Notes: generated by a model not told the origin, from the sequence alone. Positions 1 through 12,745 are shown, counted from the first letter of the stretch. The stretch: 64,000 bases of DNA from Malacoraja senta (GCA_038087875.1 CM075990.1:13764001-13828000); one strand, 5' to 3'. Program-made: numbers and translations.

Positions 1-778
1 GGACTAGGTCAGTTGGTGCTTCAGTTCTGCTGACTTTCTACTTTGCTCCATTATCCCTTGACTCCCTGAATCCAAAAACCTATTCATCTTAGCCTTGAAA
101 ATACTCAACCTGCTTGATCTAGAGAGTTCTACTGATTCACAAACTGATTGAAGGAATTCCTCTTCCATCCCAAATAGCCCAACCATGTTTTAAACTAGAC
201 TGCAGGTTAGCTTTATGCAAGGTACCCCAGTACGTACCCCCAATCAAATCATGTGTCTACTTCAAGTCAACCCTTTCTGACTGGGCATATTAGGTTAGAG
301 GTGGAATGGTAGTATCTGTGCATGCTAATTAACGATAGGTTTTCTTTGTCTTTATGCTTGGGCAGAGAGACAGCAGAGGAGCTTTGAATCACTGACTGCG
401 ACTTCCTGACTTCTGCATTAAACACACTTGCTGAAATCCTATAGCTGTTGTCAGATTCATGGAGGTCACCGACAGTGATCGTTAACAATCTTGTTGTTAA
501 TAGAGCAGTAAAATCTGGTCTATAATTGCCAAATATGAGCAGGGCATCATCTCCATACAGGACATAATTTCCATTTACTCATTTCAATATCAGATACAAT
601 TTCCACATCGCCACGTGAAAAGTGATAGCAAGAGATTTGATTTTAGATTTAATTGTTCACGCATATTATCGGTGAGGTGATATTTCAGTTTATGGATTGC
701 TTGAAATTAATGCTCATGCTAGTGGACTTGGATCCTATGTTTCAGCTATTTTAAGTGGTTGTGTATTGTTTTCTATGA

Positions 779-931
<153 letters not shown>

Positions 932-1490
932 TAGGCTGAATGTCTTCTAAGTGTTATTGTGATGTGCAGATAAAGTAATCTCCTACAGCTGACACTGAAT
1001 GGCTTTTACTCCATGGTGCAACACAGTCTCACAGTTAATTATATTTATTAGCAGACCTGTTTGTAGACTTATTATTTCATTCTCAACTGGAACCTCACCT
1101 GGAGACCAACAGGCGAATAACTGAAAGACTTGAATGTTCATAGCCCTTAAGATTGCCAAAGAGCTTTACACCCAGTTTTGAACTGGGTATGTTGGAACCG
1201 AAGGAGCGAATTTAAACATAGCAAATTTAAACACAACCAGCTATAATGACCAGGTTTTTGTTAAAGGTGTTGATGGATAAATATTGATCAGGAACTGGGA
1301 GAATTTCCTGCATCTTCAAAAAATTACACAGGATCTTTAAATTCCACCTTGGATGGAAGACAGGTCTCAATTTAATCTGTCTACTGAAACATAATGCAAT
1401 TGAGAGTGCAACATGGCCTCTGTGCTGAACAAGAGAGGAAGCCTAGATTGTCATGCTGAAATATCTGGGTGTGAAGGGGCATTTGAATAA

Positions 1491-1716
1491 AGGGCATGAC
1501 CCACTTGGGCGTCATTTGCGCGTCACGCAGGTGGCACTTGAAGATTTTGTGAATCCCAAAATCCTGTGTCACTGCCTACGCCACCACATCTCATCACGCG
1601 CCATGTGCGCTTCACGATGCGCGCGTGAAGTGTAAATGATGTCGCGGCGTGCGTCGTAACGTGTAAATGACGTCGCGTAAATGACGAGCAAATAATGCCC
1701 AAGTGGGACAGGCCCT
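1491..1716. mobile_element. PIF/Harbinger-type MITE, CpG-rich core
   Basis: Terminal inverted repeats AGGGCATGACCCACTTGGGC...GCCCAAGTGGGACAGGCCCT; flanks TAA/TTA. Confidence 0.8.
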
Positions 1717-1883
1717 TTAAGCATTACTTGATCCCGTTTTAATCACAGTTCTCTGAAGTACTTCCAAAATTATTTATTTTATGTGCAGTTTGCTGCTGCT
1801 TATTTATGCCGTGAGGGTAGTAGAAGTTAAATACAACGGTAGTTATCTTGGAATTAACCACACTCCTTGCTTCTGTCTGGCAG

Positions 1884-1991
1884 AAAATGCATCTCAGAGT
1901 GAACTACGAGACCTTTTATCTGAGTTCAACCTGCTGAAACAAGTGAACCATCCTCACATCATCAAACTATATGGAGCCTGCAGTCAGGATG
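1884..1991 (+). CDS. RET: RET exon 13 equivalent ([36 protein letters not shown])
   Basis: Within ORF 1781..2083. cag/gtaag boundaries, 108 bp, phase matches the neighbouring exons. Confidence 0.97.
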
Positions 1992-3089
1992 GTAAGAAAA
2001 TAAAGGGCACAGAGAGGTATATCAGTAACAAATTCAATCCATGGCCCATTTATTTAAATAAAATGTTTATTCATTTAGTTTAAAGATTGGGGCAAGATGA
2101 AACATAGGAAAGAAGTATGGACATAAAATACAGGGTAGTCACCCAATAAATCCAAATGGGAATTTAAGAAAAAACTTCTTGACACAATGTGAATTGAGAC
2201 TTGTGTATAGTTCAGGGAAATAATAAAGGTACATTCAAGAGGAAGGGGACTTTTTTTTAAATGATAGGACCTAAATACTAAATACAATCTAAATAATTCT
2301 AAACATTCACCAGGTCTGGCAGTGTACCATCATCGGTGGAAAGAAAAAGTTATTGTTTTAGGTCAAAATTCCTTTATTTTTATTTTTTTAAAGTGTTAAT
2401 TACTGTGCGTACTTGAAATAATCTACATTAACAACCCTCTGGACATTTTGAAATAAATAGTAGAATGTGTGAACTCTAATGAGGGGTGATCTTACTGAAA
2501 GGTGTAAGATCCATAGGGAGCATAACTGAGCAGATGTTGCCATTAATGGGAGGGGACATAGTTAGGGATGGTTATTTGAAGTTGAGGTACATGGGGATTA
2601 CTCTCAGAGTGCAGTGAGTTTCTGGGATTCGCTACCTCAGAGGGTTGTGGAGGTAAGATCAATGGGGAAGGGAGGGGTTGGTATTTTTGAAAGATATTGG
2701 AACTGAGTGCTGCTGGAAGCCGGCACAGAAGAGGCAATCAGTGGGTAGATCGCCCATGATTGTATTGAATTGTGGGACAGGCTTGAAGGACCAAATAACC
2801 TGCTCATGCTCCTGTTCTTTATGTTTCCTGATGGTTAGGATTGAATCTGGCTCACTGGGGCAATGCAAACTCCACATAGACAGCATGGGAAGGCAGAGTC
2901 AAACTTAGATTGCTAGTGTTATGTGACAGCTACATTACCTCCTGTGCCACTGTGTCGCCCCCTGTGTTAACCCATTTGCATCAAACCTTAAAACCTTATT
3001 TACACCTATTCTACATTAAGTAACATCAATTCCGCCCTAGTCCCATTCTATTCTCCCCATCTTCCCAACACTGCCCCCAGATTCTAACT

Positions 3090-3296
3090 CTCACACACAC
3101 ACAAGGTGAGGTTTACAGTGATAAATGAACCTACAAACCTGCACATGTTCAGGTTATGGGAGGAAGCCCAGGGGGAAACCCACGCAGTCACAGGAATAAA
3201 ATGCTAACAATACACAGAGAGCACTGGAGGTTGAGATTGAATCCAGGTCGCTGGAGCTGTGAGCTGGCACCTCTACTAGTTGCACCATTCTGCCAC
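3090..3296 (-). mobile_element. Diverged HE1-like SINE (another relic at ~2825..2960)
   Basis: acctacaaacctg...acccacgcagtcacagg core. Confidence 0.65.
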
Positions 3297-3519
3297 ACTA
3301 AACCTCTTTTGCACTTAAATTAAGCATTTTTATAATTTCCTAGCTTTTCATTAGCTACCACTCAACCTTCTGTTCTCTAAAGATTTCCAGCGTGCCCTAG
3401 AAGTGGTGGGTTCCATAGAGTTCGCTTCGAACCCCAGTGTGTCACTTTCATCATTGACAGTGTGATATGTGGCAAACAGTAGATTTAGTCTGGGAAAATC
3501 TGGCTTCTTTCTTTGGCAG

Positions 3520-3731
3520 GTCCTCTCTACCTTATTGTGGAGTACGCCAAATACGGATCACTGAGAAGTTTCCTGAGGGAAAGTCGCAAAGTCGGTCCCA
3601 GTTACTTGGGTGAAGGCAATCGAAACTCCAGCTATTTGGATAATCCAGATGAACGGGCCTTGACCATGGGAGACCTAATATCTTTTGCCTGGCAGATCTC
3701 CCGTGGAATGCAGTACCTGGCTGAAATGAAG
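3520..3731 (+). CDS. RET: RET exon 14 equivalent ([16 protein letters not shown]...QYLAEMK)
   Basis: Within ORF 3513..3758. Contains the gatekeeper IVEY and kinase insert; cag/gtgaa boundaries. Confidence 0.97.
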
Positions 3732-4483
3732 GTGAACCTTAACCCTATTTGCTGTTGATGTTGGGGACTTGAACTCTCATGACTTTTCAAGAAGATCTGT
3801 TTTTTTAGATTTAGATCTGTCTTTTTTATGAGACATTCCTCACTACAACTGAGTTTTAGCTCTGTAGGTAACATCAGAAAGTGCATAGGTTGAACTACAT
3901 TGCAGCTAGTCCCGACCAGCAGAGACTGGGATTCTGGCTCAGAGCTCTGTATTGGCATTACCCGGATTCTCATATTTGGTGGATGGGGAATGATTCTTTC
4001 CTTTTCTTATGTGTTTTTGGGAAGCAGCATTAACTGCTAAGCCATCTGCGAGACCTTCCTCTAAATTACTCTGATGAAATCAGTTATAGAGTCACAGAGT
4101 CGCACAACACAGACACAGGTCCTTTTGCCCAACTCGTCCATGTTGTTCAAGATGCCCCATCTAAGCTCATCATATTTGTCCATGTTTGGCCCGTCTCCCT
4201 CTATGCCTTTCCTATTCTTGTATCTGAACAAATGCCTTTATAAATTATGTTATCGTACCTGCCTATCCTGATGATATTGCTGCTGGAGTAGGGATTTGCA
4301 CGCTATTTGCCACCTTGAGATAATGAGTGAGCAACCTGAGCTATCAATGGTAAAGCTCTACACCACCACACAACAAAGGTCTCCTATTAACAGACTTCAC
4401 AACAGACGAGTCAGATCTTCTGAGCTCACAGTTTAATCTGATGTCCATATAGTTAACTGCCTATGTTCTTTGTTATACCTTAG

Positions 4484-4690
<207 letters not shown>

Positions 4691-4770
4691 TAGTACAGGT
4701 GTCAGAGGTTATGGGGAGATGGCAGGAGAATGGGGTTAGGAGGGAGAAATAGATTAGCCATGATTGAATG

Positions 4771-5260
4771 TCAAGTCAAGTCAAGTCACGTTTATTTATA
4801 TAGCACATTTAAAAAACAACTCTCGTTGGCCAAAGTGCTTTACATTTGTTATAAGAATAGCACAACAAAACAAACTACATACATATATACATGTAGCCCT
4901 CACTCAGAGGACGTCAGGAAAGGCTTGCGAGTATAGATAAGTCTTTAGTCTTGACTTAAAAGAGTCGATGGAGGGGGCGGTTCTGATGGGAAAGTGGATG
5001 CTGTTCCACAGTCTAGGGGCTGCAACCGCAAAGGCGCGGTCGCCCCTGAGCTTATGCCTAGACCGTGGGATATTCAGCAACCCCAAGTCGGCCGATCTGA
5101 GGGGCCTGGAGGTGGAGTGGTGGGTGAGAAGACTTTTTATGTAGGTGGGGGCAAGCCCATTGAGGGCTTTGTAGCCATGGAGGAGGATCTTGAAGTTTAT
5201 ACGGAACTGCACAGGGAGCCAGTGGAGAGAGGCCAGGATCGGGGTGATGTGGTCCCTTTT
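4771..5260 (-). mobile_element. L2-clade LINE 3' end, inserted into a CR1 3' UTR fragment (4690..4770 + 5261..5320)
   Basis: ORF 4904..5212: FKILL...YKALNGLAPTYI...RPLRS...GDRAFAVAAPRLWN...FKSRLKTYL; tail (TCAAG)n on the + strand; splits CR1 attgaatg|gcggagtagac. Confidence 0.9.
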
Positions 5261-5608
5261 TGGCGGAGTAGACTTGATGGGCCAAATGGCTTTTCAACTC
5301 CTATTCCTTTTGACCTTATGAACTATTCCTCGTTCATTTTATCCATTAAATGGAGATGCCTACTTTCATCCTGTTGCTCTGTCTTTTACCAATTGAAAAG
5401 GTTCATCAACGTTCTTGACTGAGGGTGCCAAGAAAGAGATGATGCATAGCTGTTTGTGGGAAATAAGCTCTTTTCCACTGAGAAACATCACCTGTGATTA
5501 TAAATGACTGTAGAGAGCGACCGGTGCCTTTCCATTGAATGGGGCAAACTCTGCTCACTCTGTATTTCAGATGAGCGATTTTTTTATTTGTGTTTCTCTT
5601 GCCTCTAG

Positions 5609-5679
5609 GGTCGAATTCCTGTGAAATGGATGGCAATTGAATCTTTGTTTGATCACATCTACACAACGCAAAGTGACGT
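5609..5679 (+). CDS. RET: RET exon 16 equivalent (GRIPVKWMAIESLFDHIYTTQSDV)
   Basis: Manual translation; includes the Met equivalent to human M918; tag/gtaag boundaries, 71 bp. Confidence 0.97.
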
Positions 5680-6206
5680 GTAAGTTTAGCATACTCACCA
5701 TTTTTGTGGAGTTGAAAATCAAAAATAGAGAAGGTCCTCAATTTATTCTGAAGCAAAATATCTCTGATGTTGGAGAAAACAGAAAACTCAGCAGGTCAGG
5801 TAGGATTTGTGAAGAAAGAAACGGTTAATATTACCGATCAAACACCTTTCATCAGATGATGCACTATTAATGCTAAACCTTGGCACGAACAAGGACAACG
5901 ATAAGAAAGAGAAGGGCCAAGGCCTTCAATCCTATTGCCCCTTATTAATTATTTATCAATCCACTTACCTTATCACTGAATCAAGATCTACTACATTAAA
6001 TGAAAAACACAAACATAGGCCGTTTTCCCTGTTTCATCTGTTCCTGTTGACTAAAATAGTTATCTGACGCCTCACTCTATTGACCTTTCCCTTAAACCAC
6101 TGAAAGGTTTTCTCTTGTTGATCATTCCAGCTAACTCAGTAGAGAACAAAACTGCATCAAGAACCATCCTGAACTGATGATAATTTTTAATCTTAGTTTG
6201 AACTAA

Positions 6207-6419
<213 letters not shown>

Positions 6420-6559
6420 TAGGTCAGGCTTCAATGGCATGAAACTAATGGATAGAATTTACAGATTATTATGCAGCAACTCTTCACATTCCAAAATGTG
6501 TTTGGATCAGGAGATGCACATGGGACAGATGAGTGTCAGTGGTGGACAAGAAGCTCAGC

Positions 6560-6740
6560 ATACAATAGGAAGGTCAGCACAGGATAGGAAGGTCAGCACT
6601 AGATAGGAAGGTCAGCGTTGGATGGGAAAAGTGAGCACTGACTCTGAGAGAGAAGGATTCTGTCCCTCCAGCATCAGGAAGTACAGAATTGCACAGGAAG
6701 GCCAGCACATTACTGGAAGGTCAGCAGCACACAGAGAAAG
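6560..6740. repeat. Degenerate ~19-bp minisatellite (ATAGGAAGGTCAGCAC) in RET intron 17
   Basis: AGGTCA at 6571, 6590, 6609 and 6718. Confidence 0.75.
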
Positions 6741-7328
6741 TCCACATTAGTTAGGAATGATCAGTGACTGATGCTGAGATCAAACCCAGGACTGAATCCA
6801 AGATCTCTTCACCTCTGGACACAGCGGGGATTGAGGTGGGGTTAGCACTGCACTTGGTGGTAGGAAGGTGGAATTGAATAAGTGATGGAAAATTAGTGGG
6901 CAGCACTGAATTGGAAGTCTGGTCAGTGACGGACAGGGACAATTGGCGATGGGCAGTAGATGTCAGATCCAGGTGATCGTGGAGCCAGCAGCGGACAGGT
7001 CCGGACAGTAAGAGAATGGGAGTAGAGTTGACATGGGTTGACGATCAGACGTCCAGGTTCAGACGGCGAGAAAGTGGTAGACCGTAAGAATTATTGCTGG
7101 AGAGGGTGGTCCTGTGCTGGATAGGTCAGGCCAGATTTGAACAGTGTTGGTCAATGCTTGACAGGGAAATCACCACACGATGAACGAGTCAACATCAAAT
7201 GGTGAAGTTAACAGACGGGCAGTGTCTGTACTGGATGGGGAAGGTGAGAATCAGAGCAGTCAGGATTGTATTTCATTAGTTTCCCTGCGATCAGACACTG
7301 ATATAGATTTGCTTCAATCCTTTCTCAG

Positions 7329-7428
7329 GTACAACTTGATGCTGCATTGCTGGAAACAAGAGCCGGATAAACGACCAACATTTGCAGAAATCAGCAAAGA
7401 ACTGGAGAAGATGATGGTGAGGAGTCGG
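7329..7428 (+). CDS. RET: RET exon 18 equivalent ([33 protein letters not shown])
   Basis: Within ORF 7180..7464; cag/gtgag boundaries, 100 bp. Confidence 0.97.
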
Positions 7429-7459
7429 GTGAGTGTGGAGCAGTCCTCAAGTTCACAAG

Positions 7460-7625
7460 TATAACCATTCGGCCCATCAAGTCTACTCCGCCATTCAATC
7501 ATGGCTGATCTCTGCCTCCTAATCCCATTTTCCTGCCTTCTCCCCATAACCCTTGACACCCGTTCTAATCAAGAATTTGTCTATCTCTACCTTAAAAATA
7601 TCCATTGACTTGGCCTCCACAGCCC
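7460..7625 (-). mobile_element. CR1 3' UTR fragment
   Basis: Similar to 31620..31780. Confidence 0.8.
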
Positions 7626-7702
7626 TTCCTACTTTTACCATTCTTGTGATATACAAGATTTCCAACTGTCCATGTCTATGCTATGAAAAAACCGATAATA
7701 CT

Positions 7703-7836
7703 AGTCTGAAGAAGGGTCTCGACCTGAAACGTCACCCATTACTTCTCTCCAGAGATGCTGCCTGTCCCGCTGAGTTATTCCAGCATTTTGTATCTATCTT
7801 CGTTGTACAACCAGCATCTGAAGGTCCTTCCTATGC
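7703..7836 (+). mobile_element. Penelope-derived terminal repeat with hammerhead-like core (7706..7733)
   Basis: CTGAAGAAGGGTCTCGACCTGAAACGTC followed by the family body gatgctgcctgtcccgctgagtta. Confidence 0.75.
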
Positions 7837-9764
7837 TATTACCATTTCTATGGCTTGTTCCCTGCTGGCAGTTTGGAAAAATGCCTTGAGCAAATGTGCC
7901 TCCAATTTTTAAGCATCAAGTTGCACCTTTTCGCCAACGTCTTCATCCTGACTGTGTGATCACCAACCATTCCTTTGGTTGCTGGTTCATACAACAAATT
8001 TGTAGCTTTTGAAAATCTCCAAAAGCATCAGATTAAAAGCTTCCTTTAAAATGTTCATAACTTCTTTATGAGGGGAACCTGTCCAGCTCATTGGCATTCA
8101 CAAATGACTTGTATGTCTCCAGCCTTTCCGCCTGCAACATTATCACAGACTTCCTCTTGCATATTGCCACATTCTTCTGTTCCATGTCTTTGCCCCAAAC
8201 CTCAATATTATTGTTTGCCTTCTGGACAATGTGCACTTGTTTCATGTATAGTGAATTCCCAATATATCCCTTATGCCCAGCGCTTGCTATCATCTTTGTT
8301 CCTCCTAGTGAACCCCATTCTCTGTTTGCCATATGCTAGATTATTGTCTATCTACCAACTCAAGTGGCAACATCCCAAACTCAGTGCCAAAACAGTGTCT
8401 GTAGATTCTTTGCATATTGTGTTAGCAAATAAACAGAGGTATACGTAGAGGTATAAACAGAATAGTTGGCAGTAATAGAGAGAAAGAAAATTGCAAACAT
8501 TTCTAATCTCCTTATTAAAGAGATGTCTTCATCTCTCAATCCTACTGCCTCTTGGGATCCATAGTGCTACTTCTCAGAATCTTATGTCTCCATGAGATCA
8601 CCTCTTTGAGTGAGGCCAACCACGCTCAATTGCTTCTCATATAACTCATCCCAGGAAACAATCAGATTAATCTATGCTGTACTGACTCCAAGCAAATGTG
8701 CCCTTCCTTCGGTATAGGAACCATAACCATACCAACTTCCACCCGAATTCGCACTAAAACTCTAACTTCCGCAAAACCCCCTTACTTTCCTAATAGTTGT
8801 ACTCGCAAGTTTATTTCTGAAATTCCATGAAGCAGCACACCAAAGATCTTTTGATTGCATCTGTCCTTTCATGTTTCTGTTCCCTGGGAGGGCTTGTGTG
8901 AGTTTACTTTACTGTTTAATCTAGAAGGTGGCATTTCCAAAGGTGCAGCACTCTCTCGGTTTTGACTACCGTGTCAGTTTAGATATTGTGTATTGGACTC
9001 TAGAGTGGTGTTCAAATTCACACTCGTCTGACTCACACTGGCATAATATGAGACACAAATTGAATCAAGTAAGGCGCATTATAGCCAGTGGCAGAATGAT
9101 TTCAGTTAAGAGAGAGTCTGAATCAGAATTTAAATTGTTTTAAATTATCCAATAATTATCACTTTCTTTCCCTCTCTTATTAATTCTGCTCTCTCCTTGC
9201 CCCGTCTATATTTTTCTCACTCCTGATCTTTCTCTCTCTTGATTTGATTTAATTTATTGTCATTGTCTTCAATGAAGAGACAACAAAAATTTTTTTCCCT
9301 TTAGTCATAAAAATAATTTAAAAATCTCTATCTTCTCTAAAACTCAACATTTCTGGTTGCTCTCCTCTTGCTATTTTCTTTTCTATCATCTTTTGCTTCT
9401 CTTGACCTAAATGATTCCAGATCTACCTCTCGGTCTGTTCTCCATCATCTTTCTGGTTCCTGCTCCCCCTTCGAACCTATGAAGCTGTATTGCTCTATCT
9501 ATCTGTCCATATTCCTATCCATCTTTTATCTCCATTATTCTTTCCCAACCTCCATAATGTTGTCTATTTGATCTCTTAGTTCTCTGTACTTCAGCCTCCC
9601 ATCTCCAAATCTGTTCTCTGTCCCATTTTCCATCTCTCTGCTGTAACTATGTTCTTCCCCGGTGTGTTTCTCCTTCACTCCCTCCTTCTCTCTGGTATGT
9701 GCTTCATTCTGTCTTTTGAATCAATGGCAACCATTAAGTTTGAATTTTTTGCCTCTGCCTCTAG

Positions 9765-9912
9765 GACTACCTGGACCTTGCAGCCTCCACACCATCAGAC
9801 ACCTTGCTCTATGAAGACGGAGTGGCTGAAGAAGAGACGCCACTGGTAGACTGTAATAATGCTCCCCTCCCTCGGTCCCTCCCCTCCACATGGATTGAGA
9901 ACAAACTCTACG
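9765..9912 (+). CDS. RET: RET exon 19 equivalent (DYLDLAAS...STWIENKLY)
   Basis: Manual translation; contains the Y1015- and Y1062-equivalent docking sites; 148 bp; donor G|gtaga. Confidence 0.97.
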
Positions 9913-9944
9913 GTAGAATTTCACATGCATTTACTAGATTCTAA
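9913..9944 (+). CDS. RET: RET9 isoform C-terminal tail by read-through into intron 19 ([10 protein letters not shown]-stop)
   Basis: GGT AGA ATT TCA CAT GCA TTT ACT AGA TTC TAA, the same nine residues as the human RET9 tail. Confidence 0.95.
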
Positions 9945-11007
9945 GCTCATTTAAGGAACCACTGCTGCAGCCGATGGCCCCGTTTACACAGAGTGCCTCC
10001 AAGATTCGGCGACAGAGGATTGACTCAAACCAACAAATACTCCTTCTCTCTGGATTCAATGAATTCAGACTCAGTGCATGCATTGTGGAGCCCATCCCCT
10101 CATTCATTGCGGAAACCTACCTATGTCAGCCAAGGAAAACCCTGGCTTTATTTACATGGTGTAATTAGTCACCTGTGCATTTTCTCTGTTGGTTACCGAA
10201 GAAGACTAGGCAGCTTTCGGGAATCCTTAAAATATCTCTCATCATCAATTCTATATTGTACAGTTGGTAGAATTGCTCGGTGATTAATTTCAGACTTCTC
10301 AGTAGATCCAACATATTGGCATCCTTTTGTGTCAAGGACATAAAGTAGCTTCCATTTCCACTGATAGATATCTCTGCCTTTCTCTACATTGTGCACGCAC
10401 ACTCTCATCACTGGCATACGTAAAAATACACACCCAAGAAATTACATCAAGAAGCACTTTCTTAATCATGGTATTTGGATGACAATTAACATTCAGAACT
10501 GATTGTTATTTCCATCTCCCATTTCTTGATTTATTTATGATCATGTCATTCCTCCAAGCTATTCATTGCTCTGTGTTTAGTTCCTGGGTTCCTGGGTGTT
10601 TCTGCAATGCGACAGCAGTTGGCAGTTCTGCTTTAATGCATAATCTTCGCCCCAAGTTGGTTTTACGTGCACTTCTAGACTATACTTTCTCCCAACGCAC
10701 AATTGCCTTGTCAAAGCCCACTGAATGGCAGTAGGCACCAGTGAGAAACTCTGAGGGCAGCTGCCAATGTGACTCCACCATTAGGGAGCAGAAAGAGACC
10801 CCACTCAGGCTGAACACCTCGGAGAATGCAATGCAACTCCAACATAACACAACTCGGGCTTTTCAATTCTCAGAACAGTCTGTGAACCTTCTACAGAGTC
10901 TTTTATGTCATGGGTTAGCTGACAGTCTGCATGGAAGAATTTTTCTTTATTGGGGAGATTGCTAGTACACATTATTAATTATCTGATTAATCCTAAATTG
11001 TGGAAGC

Positions 11008-11013
11008 AATAAA
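11008..11013 (+). promoter_or_regulatory. Candidate polyadenylation signal for the RET9 transcript
   Basis: AATAAA about 1.06 kb downstream of the RET9 stop, inside intron 19. Motif only. Confidence 0.3.
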
Positions 11014-11373
11014 GAATCAAGTGGGGCGAGAATAGGTAAGAATGGAAGATTTTCTTTGCAGAAGGGCATGTGAACCAAATGGTTTTATGGTTAACATCAG
11101 AGTCTAAGGTTTCCTTTTAAATTCCACATTTATTTTATATTTGAATTAAAATTCCCAGTTACTATGATGCAATTTGAATTTGTGCTTCTGATTTCATGGT
11201 CCAAAGGTTTGTCTGATAGTCGAGTGATTTAAATTCTACTCCACACTACCCCTGGAGGACACACATGCCATCCTGGTGGGAAAACTTGACTAGAACTTCC
11301 ATTCTTACAGACTGAAATTCACAGTCAACTGGTCTCAGGTCAAGTTTGACATTAGTTTCATTCTTAAGTTGAA

Positions 11374-11668
11374 TTAGTTTAGTTTAGAGATACAGCACGA
11401 AACAGGCCCTTTGGCCTACCAAGTCCGTACTGACCAGCGATCCCCGCACACGAACACTATCCTACACACACTAGGGACAATTAACAATTATATTGAGCCT
11501 ATTAGCCTACAAACCTGTACGTCTTTGGAGTGTGGGAGGAAACCAGAGATCCTGTAGAAAACCCACGCAGGTCATGGGGAGGATGTACAAACTCCGTACA
11601 GACAGCACCCGTAGTCAAGATCAACTTGGGTCTCTGGCGCTGTAAGGCAGCAACTCGCTGTGCTGCCC
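11374..11668 (-). mobile_element. tRNA-derived SINE (HE1/V-SINE-like) with CR1-type tail
   Basis: tRNA-like head, central conserved block and (CTAAA)n tail shared with the other copies. Confidence 0.88.
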
Positions 11669-12587
11669 TGAATGTTAGAGTGACTTCTCTGCTGCTCAGC
11701 ATACCCACAGTAAAAGGCTCTCGTTCACTCTTATCGACCCCATCGTCAGTACGTAGCTCTATTTTAGAATATTCCTGGTATTACATCTTTTACTGTCAGC
11801 CTCTCCGTTGCAACATTCTATGTAGCACAGCACATTCCAGTGTAAGACCCTGAATCATCTTTTCCACCATTTCAAAACTGAACATTAACAAAAGATTCCA
11901 ATATAATCTGATCCACTCTTAATACCCAAAGTGTACCGTGCTCAGTCTCTGCGAGCCCAGTGTTCCGAGGATGTGATGATGTAAAGCCTGCTTAAGTTAG
12001 ATGCCCACATTAGTGTCCAAGGATTTGTTGCATGTATTCTGCCCCCTCTCCAAAGGGCAGAAATGGGAGTTTTGCCCCAACAGACTAATATATAGTGTAG
12101 ATAGTCATACCCCCACATATAGCTGGGACATTTGATGAGATTATTGATCACAGTAAAATTATCCCAGGCTCAGAAAGCAGCTACGGTAATAAAACAAACA
12201 AAGGCAATGTCTTCTATTTACTACCACAAACTCATACCTCACCAACCTCAAAGGGAGAATGCGAGATGGCTGAATCCACCATTTGGAGATCAGACCCCCT
12301 GAGGCGCAATGTGAAAAAGTATAAATTTCCCCCTGATTTTATACACACTCAAGATGTGTAAGCAGAGGCAAAGCCATCGCCGCTGCAGCAGTTAATTTTT
12401 GTCCTTTAATTTATTATTTATTACTTTAAAAAATATTTCTGCCCCTTAACGGTGGGCATTATGTTGACTCGTGCACAGAATTAGATGTGGCGTGTTTGGT
12501 GAGAGTAATTGTCAGCGCCTGAATCTTTCTTTCTTTTTGTTGTGCTTTCCCCCTTGTGCAGAAAAAATTATCTGTTTTCGTTTTTAG

Positions 12588-12745
12588 GCATCTCGTACCC
12601 CTGCTGGTCTGAAGACAGCCCTGTCCCCATCACAAGATTCGATGGAACTAACTCAGTCTTTACAAGATATGCAAATGATAGTGTTTATGCAAACTGGATG
12701 GTGTCACCGACAGCTGCAAAATTAATGGAGCGTTGTGATACTTAA
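12588..12745 (+). CDS. RET: RET exon 20 coding part, RET51 isoform tail (51 aa, ...[26 protein letters not shown]-stop)
   Basis: End of ORF 12509..12745; acceptor tttttag|GC; exactly 51 residues after Gly; Y1096-equivalent YANW motif. Confidence 0.95.

Noticed and set aside
4994-5422. 142-aa + strand ORF
   Set aside because: Antisense frame of the L2 fragment plus the CR1 tail.
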